Shown: positions 1 to 11,495 of the stretch, piece by piece
Layout of the letters: every line of letters starts with the position of its first letter
How positions within the stretch are numbered: the stretch's first letter is position 1
Translations under genes and position numbers: made by a program
The notes under the pieces: generated by a model
Databases searched by the model: none
What the model was told of the DNA's origin: nothing
The model's input: the letters and a program-made list of their open reading frames with translations, nothing else
Source of the DNA: the human T2T-CHM13v2.0 reference genome, Homo sapiens
Strand: one strand, 5' to 3'
NCBI RefSeq assembly: GCF_009914755.1
Contig: NC_060927.1
DNA: 64,000 nt

Positions 1-178
1 AAAAAGTTAGCCAGGCGTGGGGGCTCACACCTGTAGTCCCAGCTACTCAGGAGCCTGAGGCAGGAGGATTGCTTGAGCCTGGGAAGCAGAGGTTGCAGTA
101 AGCCACCACTGCACTCCAGCCTGGGTGGCAGAGCAAGACCCTGTCTCCAAATAGTAAAAAAAAAAAAAAAAAAAAAAA
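1..178 (+). mobile_element. Alu right arm with poly(A) tail (old, AluJ-like; cut by window start)
   Basis: CCTGTAGTCCCAGCTACTCAGGAG...CACTCCAGCCTGGG followed by an A-run at 156-178. Confidence 0.9.
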
Positions 179-559
179 GTCAGTCTCACACAAGACAAAG
201 AAAAGCTGTGGAAATGTGCCCTAAGTAAAGAGACGTGACAACTAACGGTAATATCTGGTCCAAGTCTGGATTCTGCACTGAGGAAAAATATGACCCTGCA
301 GAGAGGAAATGGCTTAGAAGAAATATTTAGATGCCTTTACAACTCTGATTCCAAGGTTCTAAAGAGAATTCAGCCAGATTCAACATAATCAAAACACTGC
401 TTCAGAGCAGTAGTAAGCAAACTATGAGCAAAGAACTCAATCTAATTGAATCAAAACCATCAAGTGAGAAGTTACTAAAATTCTCCTTCCATTTCAGGAA
501 GTTTCAGCCAACGACGTGATCCATATCCTGTTTTCCTTACTCAAATCTAGCCTACAAAG

Positions 560-561
<2 letters not shown>

Positions 562-602
<41 letters not shown>
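562..602. repeat. (CA)n microsatellite
   Basis: About 20 uninterrupted CA units. Confidence 0.97.
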
Positions 603-605
<3 letters not shown>

Positions 606-934
606 AGCAAGAGACTAAAATGTAACATCAGTGGGACTAATATAATGCAAAAGAAATTTAAGAAATTTTGACATTTTACCACTATAGCTGGAAGATCTCA
701 AACCCTGATTACTAAACACTGTTTTCAAAATGTGTGATTTCCATCATCATAAACATAATGCACCATTATAAATATTTTCCTTCAAAGTGACAATCATTTA
801 AAGATTACTAACCCTAAAGATTGCTATCTGTCTTAAGCATGCTTGTCATTTAGAATTCTTTATCAGATTAAAATACTCAGTTCTGAAAAACAACGATAAA
901 GAATATCCCAATGGTTGACGGTGAGAAGTATCTA

Positions 935-1150
935 TGGATTCAGATTAGTTGAGTTCAATTTCTGGCTCCGCAATTTAGCATCTGAGGGTCCAAGGGCAAG
1001 ATTGGTCATTTCTCAGTGCTTCAGTTTTCCAGTCTATAAAACAGTACAAACACCTCATACAGGTGAATGTACACCTCACAGGATTACAATGACTAAATGA
1101 TATATTTGTATTAGCACATAGAAAGTGCTCAATAAATGTTGGTTATTATG
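935..1150 (+). mobile_element. MIR SINE
   Basis: TCAGTTTTCCAGTCTATAAAA core and AAGTGCTCAATAAATGTTGGTTATTAT 3' end resemble the MIR consensus. Confidence 0.7.
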
Positions 1151-1179
1151 TTTTACATACACTTGAAGAGGAGTCATAT

Positions 1180-1850
1180 ACTCACACTTATTAGGATGGC
1201 TATTATCAAAAAAAGAAAGGAAAAAAATTAAGTATCGGCAAGGATGTGGAGAAACTGGAAATCCTGTGTGCTGCTGGTGAGACTGTAAAATGCTGCAATC
1301 ACTATGGAAAACATTATGGTGGGCCCTCAAAAAATTAAAAATGTAACTGCCGTATGATCCCACAATCCTATTTCTGGGTAAATATCCAAAAGAACTGAAA
1401 GCAGGGTCTTGAAGAAATATTTGCACACTCACATTCCTAACAGCATTATTCACAACAGCCAGGAGGAGGAAGCAACCCAACTGTCCATCAATGGATGGCT
1501 AGATAAAATGCGGTATATACATACAACGGAATATTATTCAGCCTGAAAAAGGAAGAAAATCCTGTCAACAACTACAACATGAATGAACCTTGCGGACTCT
1601 ACACTGAGTGAAATAAGCCAGTCGCAAAAAGACAAATACTTCTATGAGGTTTCTAACATGATCAAATTCACTGAAACAGAAAGCAGCACGTTGGTCACAA
1701 GGGGCTGGGAAGTGAGAGGAAAGGGGAGCAGTTGTTTATTCGGTATAGGATTTCAGTTTTGCAAGACGAAAGTGTTCTGAAGATTTGTTTCACAACAATA
1801 TGAATACATTTCACACTCCTGAACTGTACATTTAAAGATGGTGAAGATGG
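1180..1850 (+). mobile_element. L1M-type LINE 3' end fragment
   Basis: GCAAGGATGTGGAGAAACTGGAA...TGTCCATCAATGG...AATAAGCCAGTCGCAAAAAGACAAATAC...GAACTGTACATTTAAA, typical of the L1M ORF2 end and 3' UTR. Confidence 0.85.
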
Positions 1851-3142
1851 CAAAGGGGTCATACTTTTGAAACTAGTATCTACAAATAAAGATAGGGTAA
1901 TGTCCTTTTATAAGGGCTAGTGAAACTATTAGATTTTAATAGAGTGGCAACAAATGAACTGGTAACTAAACTCATAAATGGACAGTATTATTACATAATC
2001 CACTTTCATTCTGAAATCTCTGCAGAAATAAAACACTGCATTAGAATAAGCTTATTTATTGCAGACAAAATATACAAATCACATGACTCAACTTACTCAA
2101 GTCTCTAAAGCCAGCCTAATCTTGGGCCCCAATTTTTCTCATGCACAAGGAAAGCAGATGAGTTCTCTGATCCCGTAAGAAATAACTGCAGGGGTTTAGA
2201 CTGGTATGAAGTCTCTATGGACTAGCAGTGTCACCTCAGATCCCACACACCTTAGAATCATGAATGAACTGAAACCACTATGGACCTGAATACCTGGGCT
2301 CTGATTATAATCAAACCATATCCCATCTACTCAAAAAATTTTCAAACTTAAGCACAAAAAACTGGAATACAAAAGCAAGTTTTCAAATTGCTCTCACCTA
2401 AATCACAGAGTGAAATTAAGCAGACTTTATCTTCCTTTATACAAAAATAATCACCAGGTATGTTTTGGGAGTAAATTTTAAACAAATGTGCAGTTCATGG
2501 ACTTTTGTTAAGATACAACTTTAAATATTTAGCTCTAAAGAAACAATACATCAGCTGAAATTCAAAATTAGTAAAAACTTTTCTGCTTTCAAGGATTTTT
2601 AAATCTTTAAGCCATCCTTCAAAGATACTACCAAGTATCTATCAGCACTAGACCAATGATTTCTATATTACATTGCGAGTATCAATTATAAAATGCACTA
2701 TTTCATGTGTCAGAACACAGAAACACTGTCAATTAAAAATGACATATACCAGATATTGAAATATTTAACAGTTGGTATTTTAGAACAAATATAATACAGT
2801 ACGTACATGCTTGTCCCTCTGAATAATCCAAAAGTACAGGAACCTAATCTATGTATCAACTACAGGGGGGGACACCAAACCCCTAGAGACTCACTCAAAC
2901 TTCTTTAAATGCATGAAAAGTCAATATAAACTACCAGTTCAAAGAATCAATCAATAAATGATCAATGCAGACTGAAAATCCAAAGACACTTGGCACCCCA
3001 AACAGATAACTAGATAACTCACTACGGCCTAAACAAGTGATTTCCAAATTAAGGAAGTGAAAAATCTAAGCACTCAATGACTCCAAACAGCTCAGGTGGC
3101 CAAGACCCCTGCTCTCCTTTAATCCAGTGGTCCACAGGTACC

Positions 3143-3214
3143 AACTCAGAAGACAGAGTGCCACTTACTGAGAGAAAAAAACCTTTCAGTAAGTGGCACT
3201 CTGTCTTCTGAGTC
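3143..3214 (-). ncRNA. MIR4797: Intronic miRNA hairpin, miR-4797
   Basis: Perfect 28-bp inverted repeat (3144-3171 / 3186-3213) with a 14-nt loop. The minus-strand 5' arm GACAGAGTGCCACTTACTGAA matches my recollection of miR-4797-5p, a miRNA annotated in a DLG1 intron. Confidence 0.85.
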
Positions 3215-3630
3215 GGATTTTTCTGCAAACACTATGGACACAATGAACTGGTTTAGCTTAGGGCAATTTACAAGCTTAAAGTACATTTATGACACTGTTT
3301 CAAAACAATGGTAGAGTTGCAAAATACAAAGAAAATCTTATCAGACTAAACATTTTCAGACTAAGTATTAAAAGTTATTCAGGAAACACAAGAGAATGTA
3401 TTTATTCCGTAGTATCAACAATTATAGCATGGAAACACACAGAACCTCTATTAAACGTTATCTATTTCAAAACTCCTAAAATCTATTACTTGTCTTACAC
3501 CAAAATGTGATATAGTACCACATCCTATAGAACATTAAATATAAGTAAATTTAAATGTCAAAGTAAATTCACAACCAATGAAATTAGAAGATTCACAAAT
3601 ATAAACTTAGTAATTAGGAAGCTAACTCTA

Positions 3631-3950
3631 GGCCAGACGCGGTGGCTCACGCCTGTAATCCCAACATTTGGGAGGCCGAGGTGGGTGGATCACGAGGTCA
3701 GGAGATCGAGACCATCCTGGCTAACACAGTGAAACCCCGTCTTTACTAAAAATACAATACAAAAAATAAAAAATTAGCCGGACGTGGTGGTGGGCACCTT
3801 TGGTCCCAGCTACTCAGGAGGCTGAGGCAGGAGAATGGCGTGAACCTGGCAGGCGGAGCTTGCGGTGAGCGGAGATCTCGCCACTGCACTCCAGCCTGGG
3901 TGACAGAGTGAGACTCTGCCTCAAAAAAAAAAAAAAAAAAAAAGAGAAGA
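3631..3950 (+). mobile_element. AluY-like element
   Basis: Full dimer with Y-type positions (GAGATCGAGACCATCCTGGCTAACAC, GGCGTGAACC, GAGCTTGC); TSD AAGCTAACTCTA on both sides. Confidence 0.95.
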
Positions 3951-5610
3951 AAGCTAACTCTATCAAAGTTCAATTGTACGTAAGAATAGACACATTCAAA
4001 ACAGGCAAGGCAGAATAGGTCAAAAATGTCTCTGAACACAGCAAACCCATCCCCAATCTAGACAGAAATATAAATGTAGATTCTGTTATTTCACTAACGA
4101 TTTAATTTTCTTAAGTTACAGCCGTCACACAAAGAAAAGTCTGCAGTCTATCTATCTGCCTATCTATACATATATGTATATATATATCTCTATACTGTTG
4201 CGAAAAAACATACTTTTTTTGCAACAGTAACTGCACCAAATTACTAGGCTCAATGTTGATTTAGAAAACAAATAACTAAAAAATGCTTTTTGCTGTTTTT
4301 CCAGAGGAATCCAATTTGATCATCCATTCGGACCTTAAACCTCAGAAATTCAAATGTGTAAAAAATGTCCATCAATGTAAACAAAAATGGCAAAATGTGA
4401 ATTTCTGGAGCTGGGTAACAGTTAAAAGGCAGTTCATTACACTGTGCTATGTATCCTTATGTTTTTAAAAGTCTATTAAAATGTTACATTTTTCAAAATT
4501 GTTCAGGTGCATCAAGTGGTCTTTACAAAAATCTTTCATTCTAAAACCGTAGAGAGCATCCATTTATCAATAATGTACCTGACAGGACACACTGACTTGA
4601 AAGTAGTCTTCAAATCACACCAACAATTATTCTATCAACAGATAGATGTAAGGCCATATCTGACTGGAAGTTACTGAAGAAATAAATGTAATATAATTAA
4701 GTATATGTCTTCTTATGTTAAAATGTTATATAGTTGATAACTAAAACAAAAAAAAAAAACTTCATTCTTAGAATTGGAAGAGACAAACTTTCTAGTTCGG
4801 TGGTTTGCAAACTTTTTGAGGTACCTGGACAAAAGAGCCAGACAAGTCACCTTGTTTTATACATAGGAGATTATACACAAAATATGAGATGATGCTTTTA
4901 AAAATGATTTATCTACTTAAAAAAGGCTTTAAACCCATTCTGTCATTTCAACAGCTACATTCTACAGCTAATATGGTGGCATAGAAAAGATTAAATGACT
5001 TGGGATATATCATTCAATTAGTGGCAAAAGAACTCAGGACTCTTATTTTTCCAGTTCTTTCAAACAATGCACCACTTCAAATTAAGTTACAATTAAGAAT
5101 AAAACTTTCCATTTTCTTGCCTGTAAAATACGGTTACTAGACAAGATCATCTCTAAGATTATTTTCCAGGTCTAAAATTCTGACTCCATGAATGCCAAGC
5201 TCAAACAGAAATCTACATTAAGGGAATGAATGTTCTTCAACACAGCAGAACCCTTCACACGCTTTCAATGACTTCAGAGACATGCCAGTCAAATACAGAA
5301 ACAAGCTCACAGTAACTCAGTCATACCTTTTAGGTCCTTAAACATCTGTGCAACATCTTTTAATAGTTAATGCTATTAAGATGTGAAACAATGTTCTCAA
5401 AAGCCACTGAAATAATCCTGAAAGTTTTTTGGTTACTAGTTATTTTAAGAAAGGACACTGGCCTATGAAAAACACACAACTCACTGAAGATGTTCAAGTT
5501 ACCGAATGCCTCAGAGAATTAAGTACATCATTTTCTTAAGTTTAAAATAAATGAATTGAGAGGAGCATAAAGCCTAGCTGGCATAATAGTTACGAAGTTT
5601 TAATTCCCAC

Positions 5611-5742
5611 CTATTAAAGCCTGAAAGAGGTTGCTCTGAAATATGTTAATAACCCGTTCTATGGAACTTCTGAGCTGTCTGTCTTCAGTTTGGCTTAGTT
5701 TTGAACGATATTCCTCCAAAAGGTGCAATGCTCTCTGGGTAT
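5611..5742 (-). CDS. DLG1: DLG1/SAP97 coding exon (132 bp), L27 domain: (D)[43 protein letters not shown](D)
   Basis: Minus-strand acceptor tttttcttctcag|AT and donor ATAG|gtggga, phase 1-1; translation is the DLG1 N-terminal L27 sequence. Not in the supplied ORF track. Confidence 0.97.
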
Positions 5743-6450
5743 CTGAGAAGAAAAAGCAGAGCCTGATTAAAACTCTCTATTTACAAAAAAAGTATCACAT
5801 ACTAGTGCAAATAATTCTGCATGACATCTAAATAGTTCCGCAAATCCTTCAGGTCAATTGATGTCACTATGTTCATGTACACATATTCCTTAGAATGACC
5901 AAAAAATAAAAAAAAAAATTAAAGAAATACAAGAAAAATTTAAACATATATCACATTAGAAAACGGAGGAGAGTGAGCAGTTTGGAATAAATGTGTACTG
6001 GTAGTTTGCCAAAGTAAAAGATCAAAGTATTAGCAACAGTTTCAGATTACCTGATATGCAAAAGCAGATTATCTACAATTTGTCATCATAATCCAAATTT
6101 TTAACATTTCAAAATACAAATTCTTAGTATCCCACAGTTGCTCACAGAATAGTGCTTAGTAAGAATGATAGAGTGAAATACTAAAACACCAATTCAGGGT
6201 TATTAAGGACATCTGTTGGGGGGGGGCCTAACTGCCTCTCTTAATCACTAGAGAAATGTTAAGAAAGTTTAACAAACATTTTCGTGTTTCCATCTTCTGA
6301 AATGATATGAGGCTTAGATTCCCTAAGCAATAAAGCTAGGACCGTGCTGTCTCATCAAAGTTACACAAACGATTCTAAAACGGCAATCAAAAAACTGACA
6401 CACGGAAAAGCAAGTGACATCGACAACAGAGTTACGGAATAAACTCTCAC

Positions 6451-6469
6451 CTTGCTTCCGGACCGGCAT
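6451..6469 (-). CDS. DLG1: DLG1 start-codon exon, coding part MPVRKQ(D); whole exon 6451-6500
   Basis: Acceptor gtgttttaaag|GTGTGT at 6500; ATG CCG GTC CGG AAG CAA G|gtgaga; joins in frame to the 5611-5742 exon. Confidence 0.97.
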
Positions 6470-7153
6470 TTTTCTCCAGAATCAGGAAGAGGGCACACAC
6501 CTTTAAAACACACAACGGAAAGGAAAAAGGATAGAATCATGTTAAACTAGCATTTTCCCCTATCGAAATAGAAAACCCTCGCAGCCTATTTGAAAACCCC
6601 ACGTTCCAAAGTTTTACCAAGTCAAAGAAAGAGTCTCAAAACGCAGCAGTTGTCTGTCAACGTGGAAAGCTTTTCCTTGGAGTGGGTACCCCTCCAAATT
6701 AAGAACAGACAGAAGTCGGCTTCCAAACTCTCCTCGAAAGCGTCCCCTCCCCAAAGAGCCTAGACCTGAGGCCGCCTCTTCCCCCGCACAAGTATCCACA
6801 CTCCCCACCTGCTACTGGGTACGGGCGGGTGAAGCGCTCCGACCCTTGGCCCCTGAGCCAGCAGCGGCCGCAGAGCGCTGAGAGGGGACCAGCGGGACTG
6901 GCCGCCCGCCCTGCTCGGGCCCCCTCCTCTCGCTTGCCTTTCTCCTTGCTCGCTGCCTCCGGGATGCTCCAGCGGGGGCCGGACAGGGCAGCGGCCGCTC
7001 TCCGCGACGCCCTCGCGCCCCGCATGCACACCTCCGCGGGCCCCCACACCTGCGGCGCCGCCACAAAGTTCCGGCGAGCGGCGTGCGCTCGGAACTGGGG
7101 TGCGCCCCGGCCAGACTCGGAGCAGCTCCCCAGCCCGGCCCCGCTCCACGTAC

Positions 7154-7400
7154 CCCCGCCCCGCCCGGGGCCCGCGGAGCCGAGCGGAGGGGGTGAAGGG
7201 ACGGGGGAGGAGCTCCCCTGGGCCGCCGCACCCCCGCGGCCTCGTCCTCCTTCTCGGCCGCGCCGCCTCCTCGCTCGCCGCGGCCCCCCGGCCCGCTCGC
7301 CCAGTTGCTGCCGCACGCCCCACCCCCGGAACCTCGCCTCCTTCCGCGCCCCCAACCGCTCTCCCCCGAAACTTTCCGCCAAGATGGCGGCCCCCGAGCT
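7154..7400 (-). other. DLG1: Candidate DLG1 non-coding first exon A (5' end approximate)
   Basis: Minus-strand donor GG|gtacgt at 7154/7153, downstream of the YY1/E-box/CCAAT cluster. Confidence 0.55.
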
Positions 7401-7456
7401 GGCCTGCCGCGCTCCCACGTGACCGCTTTCCCGGCGCTCTCAGCCAATGGGAAGTG
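7380..7456. promoter_or_regulatory. Promoter motif cluster: YY1, E-box, CCAAT, ETS
   Basis: CAAGATGGCGGC 7380-7391, CACGTGAC 7416-7423, CCAAT 7444-7448, GGAAGTG 7450-7456. Confidence 0.75.
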
Positions 7457-7800
7457 AGGAGGCGGCTCGCGCCGAGCCCCGGGCTCCCCGCGCTGCTACC
7501 TTCGGGTTGGAAGGGGGAGGCGGGTCGGGGGAGGGCAGGGGAACGGAAGGGGTACCCGGGGAGCATCCTAAGGGAACCTCTTCGCTTAAAAGGGCGGCCG
7601 CTGAAGTGGCTCTGAGAACAAAGGAGTTAACACTCGGACTCCACAGGTGGCCCGGGGTGGCCCTGGAGGAGCCCGCCTTTACCTTGCCCTAGCCCACCGG
7701 CGCGTCCCGCAGTTCCGAACTAAACGCGCCAGGCCGGGAAGGCTCGGGCTGTCTGAAGAGAGGCGTGACCTCGCCTACACCAGATCCAAGGCGCACATAC

Positions 7801-7900
7801 CGAGACACCCCTCAACCTCACTCAGCAGTGCCGTTTCCAACTCCGCGGCAGAGACAGCGCCTGGCGACCCCGGGGGTAGATCCCCACCGGGGAAAAGCCG
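7801..7900 (-). other. DLG1: Candidate DLG1 non-coding first exon B (5' end approximate)
   Basis: Minus-strand donor TCG|gtatgt at 7801/7800; GC boxes at 7930-7950 upstream. Confidence 0.55.
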
Positions 7901-8198
7901 CCTTAAGGAGGAGCCAACTGCACCTCCCAGGGGGCGGGGAGGGCGGGGCCTGGGAGAGGGAGAGGGAGGAGTTCGGGGAGGGGTGCCAACTCTGCATTGC
8001 CTTCCACTCCAGGCTGATTGTTAAGTTACTCTTCGTCCCTTAGTAATAGGCTTGGGGGGAGGGGTTTCATTACAGAAGGACATATGAAATAGAGACACTG
8101 GTTAACTTGGCAAGAGTTTGAGGGTTATAGTACAAGATTTTTAAGCCTAACTGATTAATTCCGAGTATGGTATACTTAAGGGTGGGCAGAGAAGGTTT

Positions 8199-8233
8199 GT
8201 TCATTCATTCGCTCATTCATTCATTCATTCATT
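8199..8233. repeat. (TTCA)n
   Basis: TTCATTCATTCGCTCATTCATTCATTCATTCATT. Confidence 0.8.
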
Positions 8234-10105
8234 TCCCTCAAGCCTGCGTCCCCGCCCGGTCAGCATCGCAGGTGTTACCCAAACTCTGACGGTCCCTTTA
8301 AGAACTCACCCGGAGTCGCGCCCTCCGAAGCTGAGCCGCCCTCGGCCAGCGCTGCAGGTTTGTTTCGTGCGCACCTCCGGGCGGAATTACCGGCCGGCTG
8401 GGACCCCGCTCCCGGTCTGAGCCACCCAGGTTATAGAAGGGGAATCTCGGGAAGCTTTCCAAGTCACTGCCCACGTCTTCGAACTTCCTCGGGGTGACGA
8501 GGACCTCCCTATTAGGAGGTCCAGAGAGAATTTGCCCAAAGTTACCCCGAGTGAGTGACAGAACTGGAAACCCGGAGATCCTGTCTTTCAAAACCGGAAG
8601 GCTCTTCCCAGTAAACCTGACGGCCTCTGACTGAGGCCGTATCCATTGGCTACCAAAGGGAAGGCCGAGGAACCTCGTATTGTAACCTTAACAGCTACTC
8701 AGAGGTATACTGACCACTGGTTTTACTTTTGGATTGCACCTTAGAATCCTAACTTACTGTAAGGACCCACCGACTTTAGAACCTATCTAGGACAAGGAAC
8801 CGAGGTCCGGAAAAAGGGAAGCAACTTGTCCAAGGACATAGACGCTAATCAGTAACAGAGCAGCCGAGAACTCAGGTCTCCTAGCTCTAGTCCAGGGCTC
8901 TTTCTCTTGTGATTTTGGACAACTTGACAGAGAGGTATGTTGGTATGTTGGCAGCAGACCTCTGTGCTTTCCCGGATCAAGCATCCTGGGATCTTGAACA
9001 ACAGTTAAAGCAACATTGCATAGAGAAAATGGGATAGAAGGGTCAAACGGTGCTGAAGGCAGAGGTGTCCTAACAGCCGGGAACTTAACAGAGGGACGGA
9101 ATTTATTTAGTAGTGAAAGTGGCTCATGACAGGCATCATACTCTCAAGACTTCGCTGATGGACTGTGAATGGGATGGTTGCAGTAAGAAACCATTCTAAC
9201 AATGGAATCTCTTCAGAATTCAGAAGAAACAGGGAGGGAAATTTGCCCTCTCCCTTGATAACATTTATTGTTCATATATGTTCACTTGCTAGGAAACGGG
9301 GATAGAAATAAATAAGATCCAAGTCCTGCTCTCAAGGATACACAGCCTTGTAGCAAGTACACAAAGGCCAATGCACCTTTTCCCAGGGGACACTGAGGAG
9401 TCAAAAACAAAATTTGTGTGAGTTCTCAATGTCATCCTAGCCTTCCCCTAAAAGCAAAAAGGAGGAAGGGGAGGAAAGAGGACGTGTCTTTTTTCTTGTC
9501 ATTCTGTGTGACAGCCCTATTTGGTTGTCAGCGGTGTACAAAAGCAGCAGTGAACCCAGCACTTGTTCTACCCTTAGCCTAAGGTGCCGGCAGCAAGTGC
9601 CTAGCAAATGAACATATATGAACAATGAATAAAGTCTCTTTACTCTTCATTCCTCCTTTCTACCCATCTTTATTAGTTACTTATTGCTGGATAAAAAAAA
9701 AGTTCCTCAAAGCTTAAGGGTTTAAAACTTATTAGCTTAGTAAGTTAAACAGCGATAAATATTATCTCAGTTTCTGTGTGTCAGGAATTCAGGAGCGGCA
9801 TAGTTGGGTGGTTTTGGCTCAGGGCATTATGATGTTGCAGTCAAGAAGCCTGCCAGGGCTGCAGTCATCTGAAGGCTTCAGGGGGACTACGGGAGGCTCT
9901 TTCAGCATGGATCATTCACATAGCTAGTAAGTTGATGCTGGCTATTGGGCGGAGGCTTCAATTTCTCACCATGAAGACCTTTCTATAGGGCTGCTTGAGT
10001 GTCTTCATGACGTAGCGGCTGACGTCCAACAGAGCAAGTGATTCAAGATGGCGAGACAGAAGAAGCCACAATGCCTTTCATCACTTAGTCTCAAAAGTGA
10101 CACTC

Positions 10106-10538
10106 TGTCATAGTCTGTTTGGGCTGCTATAACAAAATACCTTAGACTGGGTGATTTATAAACAACAGGAATGTATTACAGCTCTAGAGACTAAGTAGTC
10201 CAAGATCAAAACACCATCAGATGTGATCTAACAGTCATGAGAATAAAAATTAAAAAAAAAAAATGGCCAGGCGCGGTGGCTCATGCCTGTAATATCCAGC
10301 ACTTTGGGAGGCCAAGGCAGGTGGATCACGAGGTCAGGAGTTCAAGACCAGCCTGGCCAAGATTGTGAAACCCCGTCTCTACTAAAAATATAAAAATTAG
10401 CCAGGCATGGTAGCAGGCACCTGTAATCAACTATTCAGGAGGCTGAGACAGAGAATTGCTTGAATCCGGGAGGCGGAGGTTGCAGTGAGCCGAGATCGCG
10501 CCACTGCACTCCAGCCTGGGCGACAGAGCAAGACTCTG

Positions 10539-10579
<41 letters not shown>

Positions 10580-10830
10580 ACCAAGAGATTCAGTGTCTGG
10601 TAATAGCCCCATTCCTCATGAATGGAGCCTTCTTGCTACATCTTCCCATGGTGCAAGGGACTAACAAGCTCTATCTGGCATCTTTTATAAAGGCTCTAAT
10701 CCCATTTAGAAGAGCTCCACTTTCAAGACCTAATCACCTCCCAAAAGCCTCATCTCTTAATATGATCACTTTGAAGGTGAAGATTTCAACGTATTAATTT
10801 AAGAAGGACACAAACATTCAGACCATAGCA
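10106..10830 (-). mobile_element. MST/MLT1A-B-type MaLR LTR nested in MLT1
   Basis: TGTCATAGTCTGTTTGGGCTGCTATAACAAAATACC...CAAACATTCAGACCATAGCA with TG...CA ends; 5-bp TSD CACTC/TACTC. Confidence 0.8.
10265..10578 (+). mobile_element. AluS element
   Basis: Full dimer with a long A tail. Confidence 0.95.
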
Positions 10831-10840
10831 TACTCCATAA

Positions 10841-11267
<427 letters not shown>

Positions 11268-11388
11268 CTGACATCTGGATTTTTCTAAGCAACTTTTATT
11301 TCCTCAAAGTTTTCCTTACTTTGTGCAGTGAGCAGCTGCCATTGAATAGGACACAATATTGGATCTAATTTTCCAACTTCCTCATTAA

Positions 11389-11434
11389 ATATATATATAT
11401 ATACACACACACTATATCTATCTATCTATCTATC

Positions 11435-11472
<38 letters not shown>

Positions 11473-11495
11473 ATCTGTCCTATCTGTCTGTCTAT
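11389..11495. repeat. Compound (TA)n(CA)n(TATC)n microsatellite
   Basis: Visible directly. Confidence 0.92.

Larger units (their letters stand above)
6700..8640. promoter_or_regulatory. DLG1: CpG island / bidirectional promoter of DLG1
   Basis: Very high GC and CpG density immediately 5' of the DLG1 start exon. Confidence 0.93.

Noticed and set aside
6614-8591. Many overlapping long ORFs (up to 268 aa) on both strands
   Set aside because: Stop-poor CpG island giving low-complexity G/A/R/P translations; the true DLG1 start is at 6469
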